A stretch of DNA of 64,000 nt, taken from contig CM052824.1 in NCBI GenBank assembly GCA_028534125.1, forward strand, positions 32,550,001-32,614,000, read 5' to 3'. The stretch comes from Lama glama (taxonomy: Eukaryota). The notes beneath the pieces are model-generated. The model was given only the letters and a program-made list of their open reading frames with translations, searched no databases and was not told the origin of the DNA. A program made the position numbers and the translations under genes. The stretch's first letter is position 1. Each line of letters opens with the position of its first letter. This document shows, in pieces, positions 40,825 through 54,186 of this stretch.

Positions 40825-42349
40825 CCCGCAGGCGGCCACCGGCCTGCCCGATGGGCCCGGGCATCCGGCCGCCGGCCTGGGCAGGGGTAGGAGAGAAACA
40901 GACCCAGCAGGTCAGGACTGGAGGAGGCAAGGCCACCCACCCACCTCTTGCCCACTGTTCATACTCTCAGACCCACATCCTCATGCTTTGACACTCATAG
41001 ACTTACAGCAAACAGACACATGACACACTCCCTGGCAACTCACTACTCAATCACCTGTATACACCTGAGCACTAACCCACACATGCCTACCTTCCTTGTC
41101 CTCACTGACACACACACACAAGTACAGCCTCGTGCACCCTCACACTCAGGTATATGTCCTCACAGCACAACTTCACACATGCCCCCGTGGATGCCCAGGA
41201 ACATGGACATGTGACCTCTGATCACACTGGTTCATACATGAACACGGAAACACATTTACCTACAGACCCACAAGTGTTCTCTGTGCCCCAGAGAACAAAC
41301 ATCCCATAGGCCAGCATCCTCAACCCAGGACTCAAGACCTGGGGAAGGGAGACCATTTACCGAGTACCTACCATGCAAGAGTGCTTTGTACTCACGGCTT
41401 CATTTAGTCCTCCTGAGAACATGGTGGACAGTGGTTTGGTTGGACAGCTCCCAGTGGCAAGCAGGTCAGGCCATCTGGGACCAGGCTAGGAAGTGGCCCT
41501 CAGCATCCAGGCGGCCCAAATTTGAACAAGATGTTTATGGGATCCCTTCCCTCTGGAGCAAGAGGTCAAAATACAGGGGGGGGGGGCATGGGACACCCCT
41601 TCCCTAAGACCTCAAGGATTGGGATGAACTCCCCGGGGCCTGCCCAGCACCTCTGGTTCTAATTCCCAGAAAGGGGAACGCTTGGGCCCTGGAGACAGCA
41701 TGTTAGAAGAGAGTCTTGACTGGGCCCTGGCTCTAGCTGTGGGTCCAACACAGCAGTAACGCTCCTAGGAGGGTTTCTGGCTTGCTTCAGGGGGCAGGGT
41801 GAGTCTCACTCACAGAAACATAATATCACACAACTGCACAGGCACCCTCGGTCCCAGCTACAGTTGCCTGCACACAGAGAACTACATACAGTCACAGACA
41901 TGCCCGGGTGACAGTAACAGAAATGCACAGAGTCACGCACGCATAAACAAAGCCACTGCTCCTGGACTTAACTCAGCCATACATACAGGCCCCTGGGCAG
42001 CTCACAACACCCGGACCCACGTGCAAACACTCCCACCCCCTCCCTCCGGGGCAGGGGTTCTGGGTCAGGCTGCCGGCCAGGCTGCAAGGTGCGTTTGGGC
42101 GGGGCTGGAAGGCTGAGTGGCCTGAGCACGTGGCACCCCAGGACTAGGAGGCAGCAAAGACCGGGTGGGTGTGGAGCCTGGGGTAGGGGGGGCGTGGATT
42201 GGGGGAGACGATGTGGGGCGGGGGCCCAGGCAAAGGGTAACGTGAGTGGAGCGCCTCCCCACGCCACGAGGCCGGGGTGAGCGAGGACAATGAGGGAGGC
42301 TGGCTGGGGGCGGGCAGAGGAGCCCAGGTGGGGGGAGCCAAGGGCTGGG

Positions 42350-43030
42350 GGTAGGGTGGGGTGACGCCAGGCCGGGGTCTGGCCGCCAGCGCTTCTCACC
42401 GGGTCCTGGGCTGGGATCTCTGGGCCGCGCTTCAGGCGCCCCTCGCGGGGCCGGGTCTGGAATCTCCGGGCCCCGGGCTGGGGGCCGCGCGCGCCCCGCT
42501 CTCACCGGGCGCTCGGGGCTCAGCAGGGAGTGCCGCTCCGGCTCGGGCTGGGTTCCGGGCTCCGTTCCGGGCTCCGTTCCGGGCTCCGGCGGCTGCGGAC
42601 GGCTCCGTCCCCCATGGCCCGGCCCCGCCGCCTCCCGCCGCCCGGTCAGCGGCCCCCGCGGCCCCCGGGCCGCCGCCTGCCGCCGCCGCGGGCCATGGAG
42701 CCGAGCCGCCCCGGGGGGCAGGGCGGGGCCGGGCGGCCGGGCAGACCCACGGACCCGCGGACCGATGGACCACAGCGCCGCCGCCTCCCTCCCGCGCTAC
42801 GGCTCCTCGGAGGGGCAGGCCCGGCCGGCGCGCCCGCGCGCGCGCCCCCGCGGCCCCCGCCTCTAGCGCGCCTGCACCCGCAGCGCGCCTCCGACGCCAG
42901 GCCCTGCCGGCGTCCAGGCGCCTCGGAGCGAGGGGCGGGAGAAGTTGATCAGACTCATCCAAGGGATTGGATTCGAAGTCCGGACCGGACAGAGTGTGGA
43001 TGGGTCAAACCCATTACGGAGGAGTGGAGT
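42350..43030. promoter_or_regulatory. CpG island / B4GALT2 promoter and non-coding exon 1 (candidate donors at 42506 and 42400)
   Basis: Very GC/CpG-rich; two CCG|gtgaga donors on -; GC box and CCAAT (ATTGG) near 42930-42970. Confidence 0.85.
42552..42587. repeat. (GTTCCGGGCTCC)3 tandem repeat
   Basis: Three perfect 12-mers. Confidence 0.95.
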
Positions 43031-43704
43031 CTGGTCTGGGTTGGGCGCGAACTCAGCCAAAAAGGGGCACTTGGAAGTTAGGTGGACTCGTGCAGGGGCG
43101 TCAGGGATTTATCCACTCATCCATGGGAACATGATTAAAGGGGGCTGCTAGTTGGACAGGACCCTCAAATGCGTGGACTGAAGTGTGTGACAGGGGCTTC
43201 TAGGGTAACAGGATCTTGGGTAAGAGGTTGGACAGGAGTGGGAGGAGCCGGACAGGGCCCTGGAAACAAGGGATCAAATTAGTTACTGACGGGGGATGGT
43301 GCTGAGATGCATGGAGGTAAATGAATGCGTTCCAAGCCCCACGGCATAGAGGTGATGGATACCTGAGGGTAGAGTAGGGTGAGTACTTGCGGCTGATCTG
43401 ACAAGAGCCCTGAGGGCATGGGACTAGAAGGACACCTCCCTCCCACACAAACACCTGGGTCCATATCCCGAATCCCTCCTTCCCTTCAATGAAGATGTTC
43501 AGGGCTATAGAGTCCTCAGCCCAGCATTCTTCCCTCCCCACCCAAGAGCCAGCTCTGTCCAGAGCAGAGACAGTGTGTATGAGTCAGAAAGCTGGCAAGA
43601 GGCTGGCATGAGGTTGAGGCTTACAGACCTGTTTACCCTCCCTCTGTGAAAGGAGGTGGTGAAGGAAGGCATCAGAAGCGGCACTGACCCAGACAAATAC
43701 CACT

Positions 43705-43710
43705 TTTATT
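43705..43710 (-). terminator. ATP6V0B poly(A) signal AATAAA
   Basis: TTTATT on +, 250 nt after the stop, followed by a GU-rich tract on -. Confidence 0.85.
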
Positions 43711-43960
43711 TCACAAACACTGGGAAGATGGTTTACAGGGGTGGTGGGACACAGGTGCAAAGCTGCACATAGTCATCAGCGGCCCACTCCCACACTGAGG
43801 ATCCAGCCAGGCAGTGCCTCCAAGTTGACGCAGCGAGGAGTGAGTGTGGGGAGAACCCTGAACACTAAGCCCCCTGAAAGCCTAAGGGGCACAACTCCAG
43901 CTGTCCCGGGAAAACCACAAATAAATAAGAGTGGGGCACGGCCCCACCCACACACATCAT

Positions 43961-46901
<2,941 letters not shown>

Positions 46902-46998
46902 GGCGGCAAAGAGAGCGGGGCTCGGTTGGGGGGTCCGGAACTGAACCGCGTCCCTGCGTCCACCGTCAACCCCGCAGCCTGTTGGACCGCCCCGCAGC

Positions 46999-47039
46999 GT
47001 CACCTGACTCGCCCACGTGACGTACCAGAGCCACGTGAC
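46999..47039. promoter_or_regulatory. Three tandem CLEAR/E-box elements (TFEB/TFE3/MITF/USF) at the ATP6V0B promoter
   Basis: GTCACCTGAC 46999, CCCACGTGAC 47012, GCCACGTGAC 47030; CLEAR consensus GTCACGTGAC. Confidence 0.85.
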
Positions 47040-48730
47040 CCCACGCCGGGTCGCCGCAGGTCTGGTACTTGGCGACGCCGGAACTGCTGGCGCTGAGGAT
47101 TGCGGTGGTTGTAGTCTCGCGCCCCTAGGGGCTCGGGTACCCTCCTTACGGAGTACCTCGCCTTCTCCCTGGTAGCCCGGCTCGCATCCCTCCACTCCCG
47201 CTCCTTCTCCTCTCTGCCCCGGCCCACCAGCTCTGCTTTCCACCCGAGCTTAGCCTCCAAGCCAGTGCTGATCCCGCGGGCCTCGTCCCTGGCCGGCCCG
47301 CCCAGCTCCGTGAGAGTGTCTGCTCCCTCCCTCCCTCACTGAGCTCTGCTGTTTCCTCTGCCTGAAGCACGCTTCTTTGTGCTCACTACAGGGCCTGGCC
47401 AACATCTGCTGGTCCTCAGATACCATTCTTCCAGGAAGCCTTCCTTCCGCAACCAGAGGCAGGGCACCTGCTCTGGGCTCCCCAGCCTCCCTGGAGATCT
47501 TTATGAAACTTCAGCAAGATGGTGTTACTCTCTTTAAAATGCCTCAGTGGCTCCCATTTCCCACGGAATAAAAGCCATATAGTCCTTATAATGGCCTTCT
47601 AGGCCTCTACTGATGCTGCTCCCCATGCCTCTTACCTGACCTCACCCCCTAATACTTCCCCACTAACTCCCTCCTCTGGCTGTTCTGGCCTCCCTGCTAT
47701 TCCTTGTACATACCAGTCATTATCCCACCGCATTGCACGTGCACTTGTTCCTACTGCTTTCCCTATTATTCATGTGGCTCACCTGTAACTTCTCTCAGTC
47801 TTTGCTTGTCTTCAAAAGGCCTTCCCTTCTGTCAACATGCATAGTCTAATTGTGACATATTTATACTACGGGTGAATGTTCAGCAATAAAAAGCAATGAA
47901 CTACTGATAAACATAAAACATGGGGGGGGGGCCTCTCTGACCATCCTGTTTAATATTGCAACCCCCTCTCTCTTACACTCCTTCCTAGCTTTATATTTCT
48001 CCATGGCACTCATCACCATTCAGCATACTAAGTGTTATGATTGTCTAGCTTGTCCCACCAAGAGAATGTAAGCACTGTTACAGGATCCCTGAGCTCACCG
48101 CTGGATTTCCAGTGCTTGGCACACAGTGGGTGCCCAATACATATTTGTAGAATACATGATTGGTACCCTTGTCCCAGTTATCACGGTTGAGTTTATAAAT
48201 TGCCTCCACCAGCAGACTGGGCAATCCTTGAGTGCAGCAACCACATCTCCCTGTTCACTGGCTTCTTCAACACCCCGGACAATGCCAATAGGCCAAAATT
48301 CTCAGCAAATGCAGGGAATGACGTGAGTAGTTTTCTTCATCCCTCTGAACCTTTAGGGTCCAGCAACTCCATTTTGCTTGAAGCACCCACCATGCTAGTT
48401 CATGCCTGTGTGTTTAAGCATGGTGTACCCTTTGCCCAAATGTCCTTTTCACTCTATTTCTTCCGATAATTATTTTTTTTTCTCAAAGAGATCCAGCTTG
48501 GGTAACACTCCCTCTGGTAAGTCTCTTCTGGGCTTCAGCTACCCTTGGGGACTTCCCTCCTCACAAATACTGCTTCACTGTGTGGTAATTGCCTGTTTAA
48601 CTGCCTTTCTTCTAACTACACTGTGAGGACAGGAATCCAGTCAAATACAATTCAGATCTGGACCCACACGACCTGTGTAAGACCTGCAGCATTTGACAAA
48701 TAAGAAGAAACAAGAAGAAAAATTACCTAG

Positions 48731-48736
48731 TTTATT
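48731..48736 (-). terminator. DPH2 poly(A) signal AATAAA (candidate)
   Basis: TTTATT on +, about 790 nt after the stop (a gap intervenes). Confidence 0.65.
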
Positions 48737-48789
48737 CAAGTTTCTGTTCCCTGAGAAACAAACTGGAGTCAGGGTAGACCAGTATAGCC

Positions 48790-48950
48790 TGACAGAAATG
48801 TCAGGAAATGGCCTATATCTGTGCTGTCCTCTCATGTGGCTTTCTGAGCACTGAAATTTGACTAGTATAACTGAGAAACTGAGTTTTTAATCTTAGTTAA
48901 TTCAAATTTATATTTGAACAGCCACATGTGGCTACTGTATTGAACAGCAT
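48790..48950. mobile_element. MER3-like hAT-Charlie MITE in the DPH2 3' region
   Basis: ctgtgctgtcc...catgtggct...gagcactgaaat...aactgagtttttaa...agccacatgtggctactgtattgaacagca. Confidence 0.75.
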
Positions 48951-49521
48951 AGGTATAGACTAGTGGTTCTCAANNNNNNNNNNNNNNNNNNNNNNNNNNN
49001 NNNNNNNNNNNNNNNNNNNNNNNNNNNNNNNNNNNNNNNNNNNNNNNNNNNNNNNNNNNNNNNNNNNNNNNNNNNNNNNNNNNNNNNNNNNNNNNNNNNN
49101 NNNNNNNNNNNNNNNNNNNNNNNNNNNNNNNNNNNNNNNNNNNNNNNNNNNNNNNNNNNNNNNNNNNNNNCTAGACCATCTAGCACCTGCCTTTGACTGC
49201 ACAGCAGGAACTGGGACTGGCCAGAGGTCCTGGACTGCTCCCAGGAGGATAGTTGGCCCAGAAGGCTTCAGGGAAGACCCAAAGCCATTTCCCCCCATCA
49301 GTCAAACAACAGGCATTTAGTAAGCCAATATCTGCCAAGCTGTGTACCTGTGCCAGTGCCACGAAAGGACAGGATAGAGTTGGATCCTATCCTAAGTGAG
49401 GGGCTGCCTCAGTGAGAGTCTCCTTCAAGGATCCTGGCAGAGGGGTGAGGTTGATGCAGGGAGCACTAAAGGTTTTAGCAGTGATTCTTAAGTCCACCTG
49501 TGACTCTGGTCCCACATGGTA

Positions 49522-49646
49522 TCAGCTGCTTCCCTCATCCTCGTAGGCGATGGCAATTCCTCGTCTTCCACTCACAGCTCCTGTCACTGGCGTCTGACCC
49601 AAGCGGGGCTGTAGTCCCTGCCAGCTCCGAGAACTAAGAAACGAGG
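49522..49646 (-). CDS. DPH2: DPH2 exon 6
   Basis: [11 protein letters not shown]...EDEGSS*. Confidence 0.96.
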
Positions 49647-51793
49647 CTGCAGAGGTAGGGGGCTGAGGCTGAGTGCGCTGAATCTGGGGGAAGAGTTCAG
49701 AGGGGAGTGGGGATTTGCCACACTCACCTGCAGGGCTGCTCTCAGCCAGCTCCAGTTGGGGCCGCGGCGTTAGGGCTGAGCATCCAGGATCACTCGATGG
49801 CTTCCAGGCAGGTGGGGGTCGTAGGTCCCCAGTAATGAGTGACACATCTGGGGTGTCCCACAGCTCTGAGTCAGGTGGAGGGAGGGGCACATGGAAGGGA
49901 GAGCCTGGAAGGGAAGGTGGAAGAGGATCCATACTGGCCCCCTGACTCCATGCCCCAAGTGTTTTTAGCTTAAGCAGTGCCCCCACCACTCACCAGGTAA
50001 TAAGTCTGCATAATGTGTGAGGTGGGGAGCCAGGCCTGGAGGTGGCCAGGCAGGGTTGCAGGCAGCCTCCAGCTCACACGGTGTCAATACAGGCCGGAAG
50101 AAGCTGCCAGAAGGCTGGGGGGCTAGGGCACCCAGAGGACAGGCCAACAGCACAAAGACATCCACCTCAGGGAAGTTGGCAAGCTTGGCAGGCGTGGGTC
50201 GTCCCAGGGCCAAAACATAGCTACGCTTGCCAGCAGCCTGCGTCAGGTTCCGCAAGTGTGCCAGCGCCTCACGGTGTTGGGCCACACCCAGTGTGCCCGC
50301 CAGCAGCCCCACCACACGGGCATCTCTAGCCCTCTCTACCAGATAGTGTCTACGTGCTCTGAGCCGCCCAGCCCGAGCACCTTCATCCCGAGTCTGCCCT
50401 GTTTCTGGGCAGCAGGAGAAGAAAGACTGCCCTGGTGCCCAGCCCAAGAGCAGCCGGCTCAGGTCTGGGTCATGGTCAGGGTCTGAAATGGACTCAGAGC
50501 CCCCAACATAGAAGGCACCATACTCTTCCAGACACCTCCCTGGAGCCAGGGGGAATTGGCGCCCAAAACGCTCCAGGAGTTCAGGATCTGGATTGAGGGA
50601 ATCCACTGGCAGGGGAAAAGCCGGGCTGGAGACAACCAGATCTGAGTACCGTGGGCGCAGAAGAGTGGCCAAGGCCTCTGGAAGAAGGAAGTGGTGTCAG
50701 GGTTGGGGCCTGGTAAAGCAGGATCCCCCTCATCCCCAGGAGACTGAATGTGACCCAAAAGCAAAGAGTGGTGTCAAGCCCATATTGAGAGCTCCATGGG
50801 ACTGTACTGAAATGGGGAAATGAAGGCACAGAGTGGCATGCACAGGCAAAACCCCTCACCCAGGGCATGGGCGCAGGCCGGCTCACTCAGCAGCACCACA
50901 GGAACTGTAGGGTCTGGGTTCTGGGCTTCAAAGGCCTTAGCACAGAGTTCCAAGGCCACAGAACGTTGACCAAGGACGAAGGCCACAGGCAGAGGGCGGG
51001 CAGGAGGGCTTAAGCAGGCAGGGCCAAAATGTACAAGGGCCTGAGCTCCAGCTTGCTCAGCACCCAGTACATCCACACAGCAGCTGCAAAGGAGATACCA
51101 TTAGTGAGAGGGGTTCTCATCAGGAAAAGAGTTGCTGTCATCAATGGGACACGTGGTCAATGAAGAAAATGACATTATGAAAAGAAAACGCTGTCACTGA
51201 GAAAAGCTAGTAGCAGGAGAGGAGTCATCATAATGGAGAAATACAGCCATTGGGGCAGACGCTGTCATAGAGGGGAAACACCATGAGCCCCAGATCACTA
51301 AACCTACCCCACCCCCAATCCTTAAACTCAAGTTCACACCTGCCATAAGCCGTGTCCCCCAGAATGAACATCTTCGACCCCGTAGCCCTCTCCAGTCGTG
51401 CAGCCACGGCCCCAGCATCTCCCAACAGCTGGTCAGGGAACTGCAAGGCCACCTTTAAGCATAAAGCATGGAGTCAGATACGGCCTCTCCTGCACCGAGG
51501 GCCTCTTCAAGGAAAACCTGCCAGGACTCCCTACCTAACCCTCAAAGCGCCTTCCAGAGGAACACCTCCCCCAGACCCCATCCTCACAAAAATACCCCAA
51601 GATCCCAATCCTCTGGGCAACCATTCCCTCTGGAACCTGCCCTCACCCTTTGACACCCCAGGTTGCGGACAAATCCAACGACTCGCTCCAGCTCGTACAC
51701 TCGGTCCAGGTCATCGAGAGGAGTGAGCAGCCCAGCTGCGCCCGCCTCTCGCTGCAGCGCCGCCTCGGCGGGGCTACTGAACGTAGATTCCAT
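49522..51793 (-). CDS. DPH2: DPH2 diphthamide biosynthesis 2 (gene span, 6 exons, 489 aa)
   Basis: [62 protein letters not shown]; 1470 nt. Confidence 0.98.
49728..49904 (-). CDS. DPH2: DPH2 exon 5
   Basis: SPFHVPL...ESSPA, 177 nt. Confidence 0.95.
49994..50677 (-). CDS. DPH2: DPH2 exon 4
   Basis: [10 protein letters not shown]...ADLLP, 684 nt. Confidence 0.97.
50860..51083 (-). CDS. DPH2: DPH2 exon 3
   Basis: [10 protein letters not shown]...AHAL, 224 nt. Confidence 0.96.
51340..51452 (-). CDS. DPH2: DPH2 exon 2
   Basis: aag| acceptor, |gtgtga donor, 113 nt. Confidence 0.95.
51647..51793 (-). CDS. DPH2: DPH2 exon 1
   Basis: ATG 51793, donor |gtgagg, 147 nt. Confidence 0.96.
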
Positions 51794-51939
51794 GAGGCCC
51801 AGCTTCTGTGGCGGGAAGCAGCGGGGATCTCCCTCGGTCAGCTTCAGGCCCCGCGTCCTCAAACGCAGTCCTCAAGGAGTCAGAGTCGCTTGGTAGGGGC
51901 AGGGGGCTGGGGGGTCATTCACTCCGCAGCCCTTGGGCC

Positions 51940-52175
51940 AGCCCCCAACCCTTTCAAATTCCCGTTTCTCAGCTACGCAGGGGTCTCAAGGGAGATTACT
52001 TCCGGGCGTTTGAGGCGGGGCGGATGGCAATTTTACCAATCTTAAACGGCAGGGCTCCCGCCCTCCAATCCTCGCCAAGCCGCCCACAGAGAACCAATGG
52101 CCTGCCTCAGAGCCCCAAGCCAGCCGGAAGTGCCTCAGAGGAAGGCGCGGAGCCTCATGGGTGTTGTAGTTCTCC
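51940..52175. promoter_or_regulatory. DPH2 promoter: ETS, 3x CCAAT, GC box, ZNF143-type motif
   Basis: ACTTCCGG 51998, CCAAT 52036/52065/52094, CCGGAAGTG 52124, ACTACAACACCCATGAGGC on - 52152-52170. Confidence 0.75.
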
Positions 52176-52329
52176 TGGCTAGCCTTTCCAGATTCTGGTC
52201 TTCCGATTCAGCTCTCCGGGCCCTCAGAAACACCGACTCCCTGGAAAATAACTACCAGTTTGAGCAGTTCCTATTCACCTACACTGTTAAGCACTTCCTG
52301 TGCACTCTAACATCTGGGAGATGGCGTTG

Positions 52330-52760
52330 CATAATTTTTAATTCAGGTGCCAAACTGCCTTCGTTCGAATATTGGGCTCTGCCATTTACTGAGACTCTTA
52401 AGAAAGTTAATGTCTTTAAGGCTGTTTCCCCATCTGCAGAACGGGGGTTGTAACAACAGTACTCTTAATAGGATTGCTGGGTCAAATTAATTTAGATATA
52501 AAACTTTATAAAGTAGTCTTCTGCGTAGCACATGTACAGAAAGAATTCGCTGTTATCCTCACAGCAGTCTATGTCAATCAGGCAAACACTGAGCACTTAC
52601 TGTTTACCAGATACTACATTCTGAGAGTTTAGTCTTTGGAGTAAGAATCGTCCCATTTTACAGATGAGGAAACTGAGGTTCAGAGGCTAAATGCCGAATA
52701 AGACACAGCAAGTCACTGGCATCATCAGTATCAAATCCAGGTCTGAGTTCAGAAGCTGTT
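52330..52760. mobile_element. Two oppositely oriented MIR fragments
   Basis: ctgtttccccatctgcagaacgggg; cccattttacagatgaggaaactgaggttcagagg. Confidence 0.7.
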
Positions 52761-53763
52761 ATTTAGACCCCTCATTCTCCCAGGTTATGTGTGCTACATT
52801 TGGTCATGGCAGGGAGGAGAAAGACACCGGGGTGCCATGTCGTAGGAGAAGAGGACAAAAAGTACGTGAAACATCTCCATACACCCTAAGAGAAGTGAGA
52901 AATCAAGAGTAAGGTGAGAATGGGACTGAGGAAGGGTAGGGGAAAGGGGACAGTGACCTCAGGGGATAACATGAAAGGGGGACTGATGCTGGCTGGTGTA
53001 AGAAGAGACTGAATGAGGATAAAGAATGGAGGGCACAGAATTTGTGCAGAGGCTTAGAAAAGAACAGGAAAAAGAGTGAGACAAACATGGGAATAAACTT
53101 CTCCTGTCACCTCCAAGGAGACTCAAGGCTCAGGGATGAGAATGAGCGCTGTCTTGCTCTTGAGATCTTAACTGAGGATAAGACTGGGGTGCCTGAGAGG
53201 CAGTCAGGGTGGAACTCTGATTGAGACAGAAAGAGGGAACCCTCCTAGAGGACAGCAGCAGCTGGCCAGGAGCTGTCCTTGGTCCTGACCAAGGCCTGAC
53301 CATCTTGTGCTGGTCAGATACCATAGAGGTGGGGAGCTATGGGTTTGCAGACAACACTAGGGTCTGTCTTCCTCTTCCTCTGGGGGCCAAATGCCTCCTC
53401 CCCTCCACATGCTAAGCCCACCTTTTTATACCTCTCCTCAACCAAGTGCAATTTGGGTGCCTTTATAATTCCATACAAGAAACCCATCCTAGAACTCAAA
53501 ACCACTCTCCATTTCTTCCCCCACAACTGGACCTAGCCCCACCTCACTTCCAGCCCAAGGCCCTAAGTCCTCTATCTAGGAAACCTCCTATTCCTTTCAG
53601 AAATGAAACTCCTCCACATAGCCTTTCCTCACTGGTCCCATTCTCCCAGCTTATGGACTAGATCAGCCTTTGTTCAGACAGAACAAGACAAGGCAGAATT
53701 AGGGGCCTAGTACTCACCATTGTTGATTAAATAAATGTAAGCGTGCATGAACATTAGGACTAG

Positions 53764-53769
53764 TTTAAT
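53764..53769 (-). terminator. IPO13 poly(A) signal ATTAAA
   Basis: TTTAAT on +, about 320 nt after the stop, T-rich downstream on -. Confidence 0.7.
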
Positions 53770-54089
53770 GGGAGGGGTGGAACTGCTGACACTACCGCAG
53801 TCCCTACCAACCCCAAGGGCAATGGCAGTATTCTGAATGGCTCAAACCTAGATGGCTTGGATACAGCACTGCCCCTTCCACCTAGGAGCTAGAGGTTGGC
53901 CCCACCACTCCCTACCAAGCCCTGGGTCCAAGCATTCTCCCATCCTTCCCCTAGGTCTTCTGAGGTCACCCAGTTAGGAGGCAGTGGCAGTGGAAAGGAA
54001 GCATTGACAACAGTGCAGTGAGGATTCAGGTTTACTCTTTGGGAATGGGGAGGGATGAGGAGGAGGTGTGGGTGGGACAAGGGTGCCCC

Positions 54090-54186
54090 TCAGTAGTCAG
54101 CTGTGTAATCTGTGCCATGTAGCCCCCGGCACAGCAGTGTGAACTCTTTCACCATCTCCTTCACCCGCCTCTTGTTTACTCGCTCC
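54090..54186 (-). CDS. IPO13: IPO13 last coding exon
   Basis: ERVNKRR...TADY*, TGA 54092-54090. Confidence 0.96.

Noticed and set aside
42361-43081. Overlapping 176-195 aa Ala/Pro/Arg-rich ORFs
   Set aside because: CpG-island stop-codon scarcity; no recognisable domain
46902-47243. Open frame upstream of the ATP6V0B ATG
   Set aside because: No ATG, crosses promoter elements, and the annotated ATG has a good Kozak context
51794-51862. Possible non-AUG N-terminal extension of DPH2
   Set aside because: Short open frame with weak near-cognate contexts; no support from sequence alone
52330-52760. Inverted MIR pairs (also near 7.8-8.2 kb and 18.9-19.4 kb) as dsRNA hairpins
   Set aside because: Copies are too diverged for stable pairing
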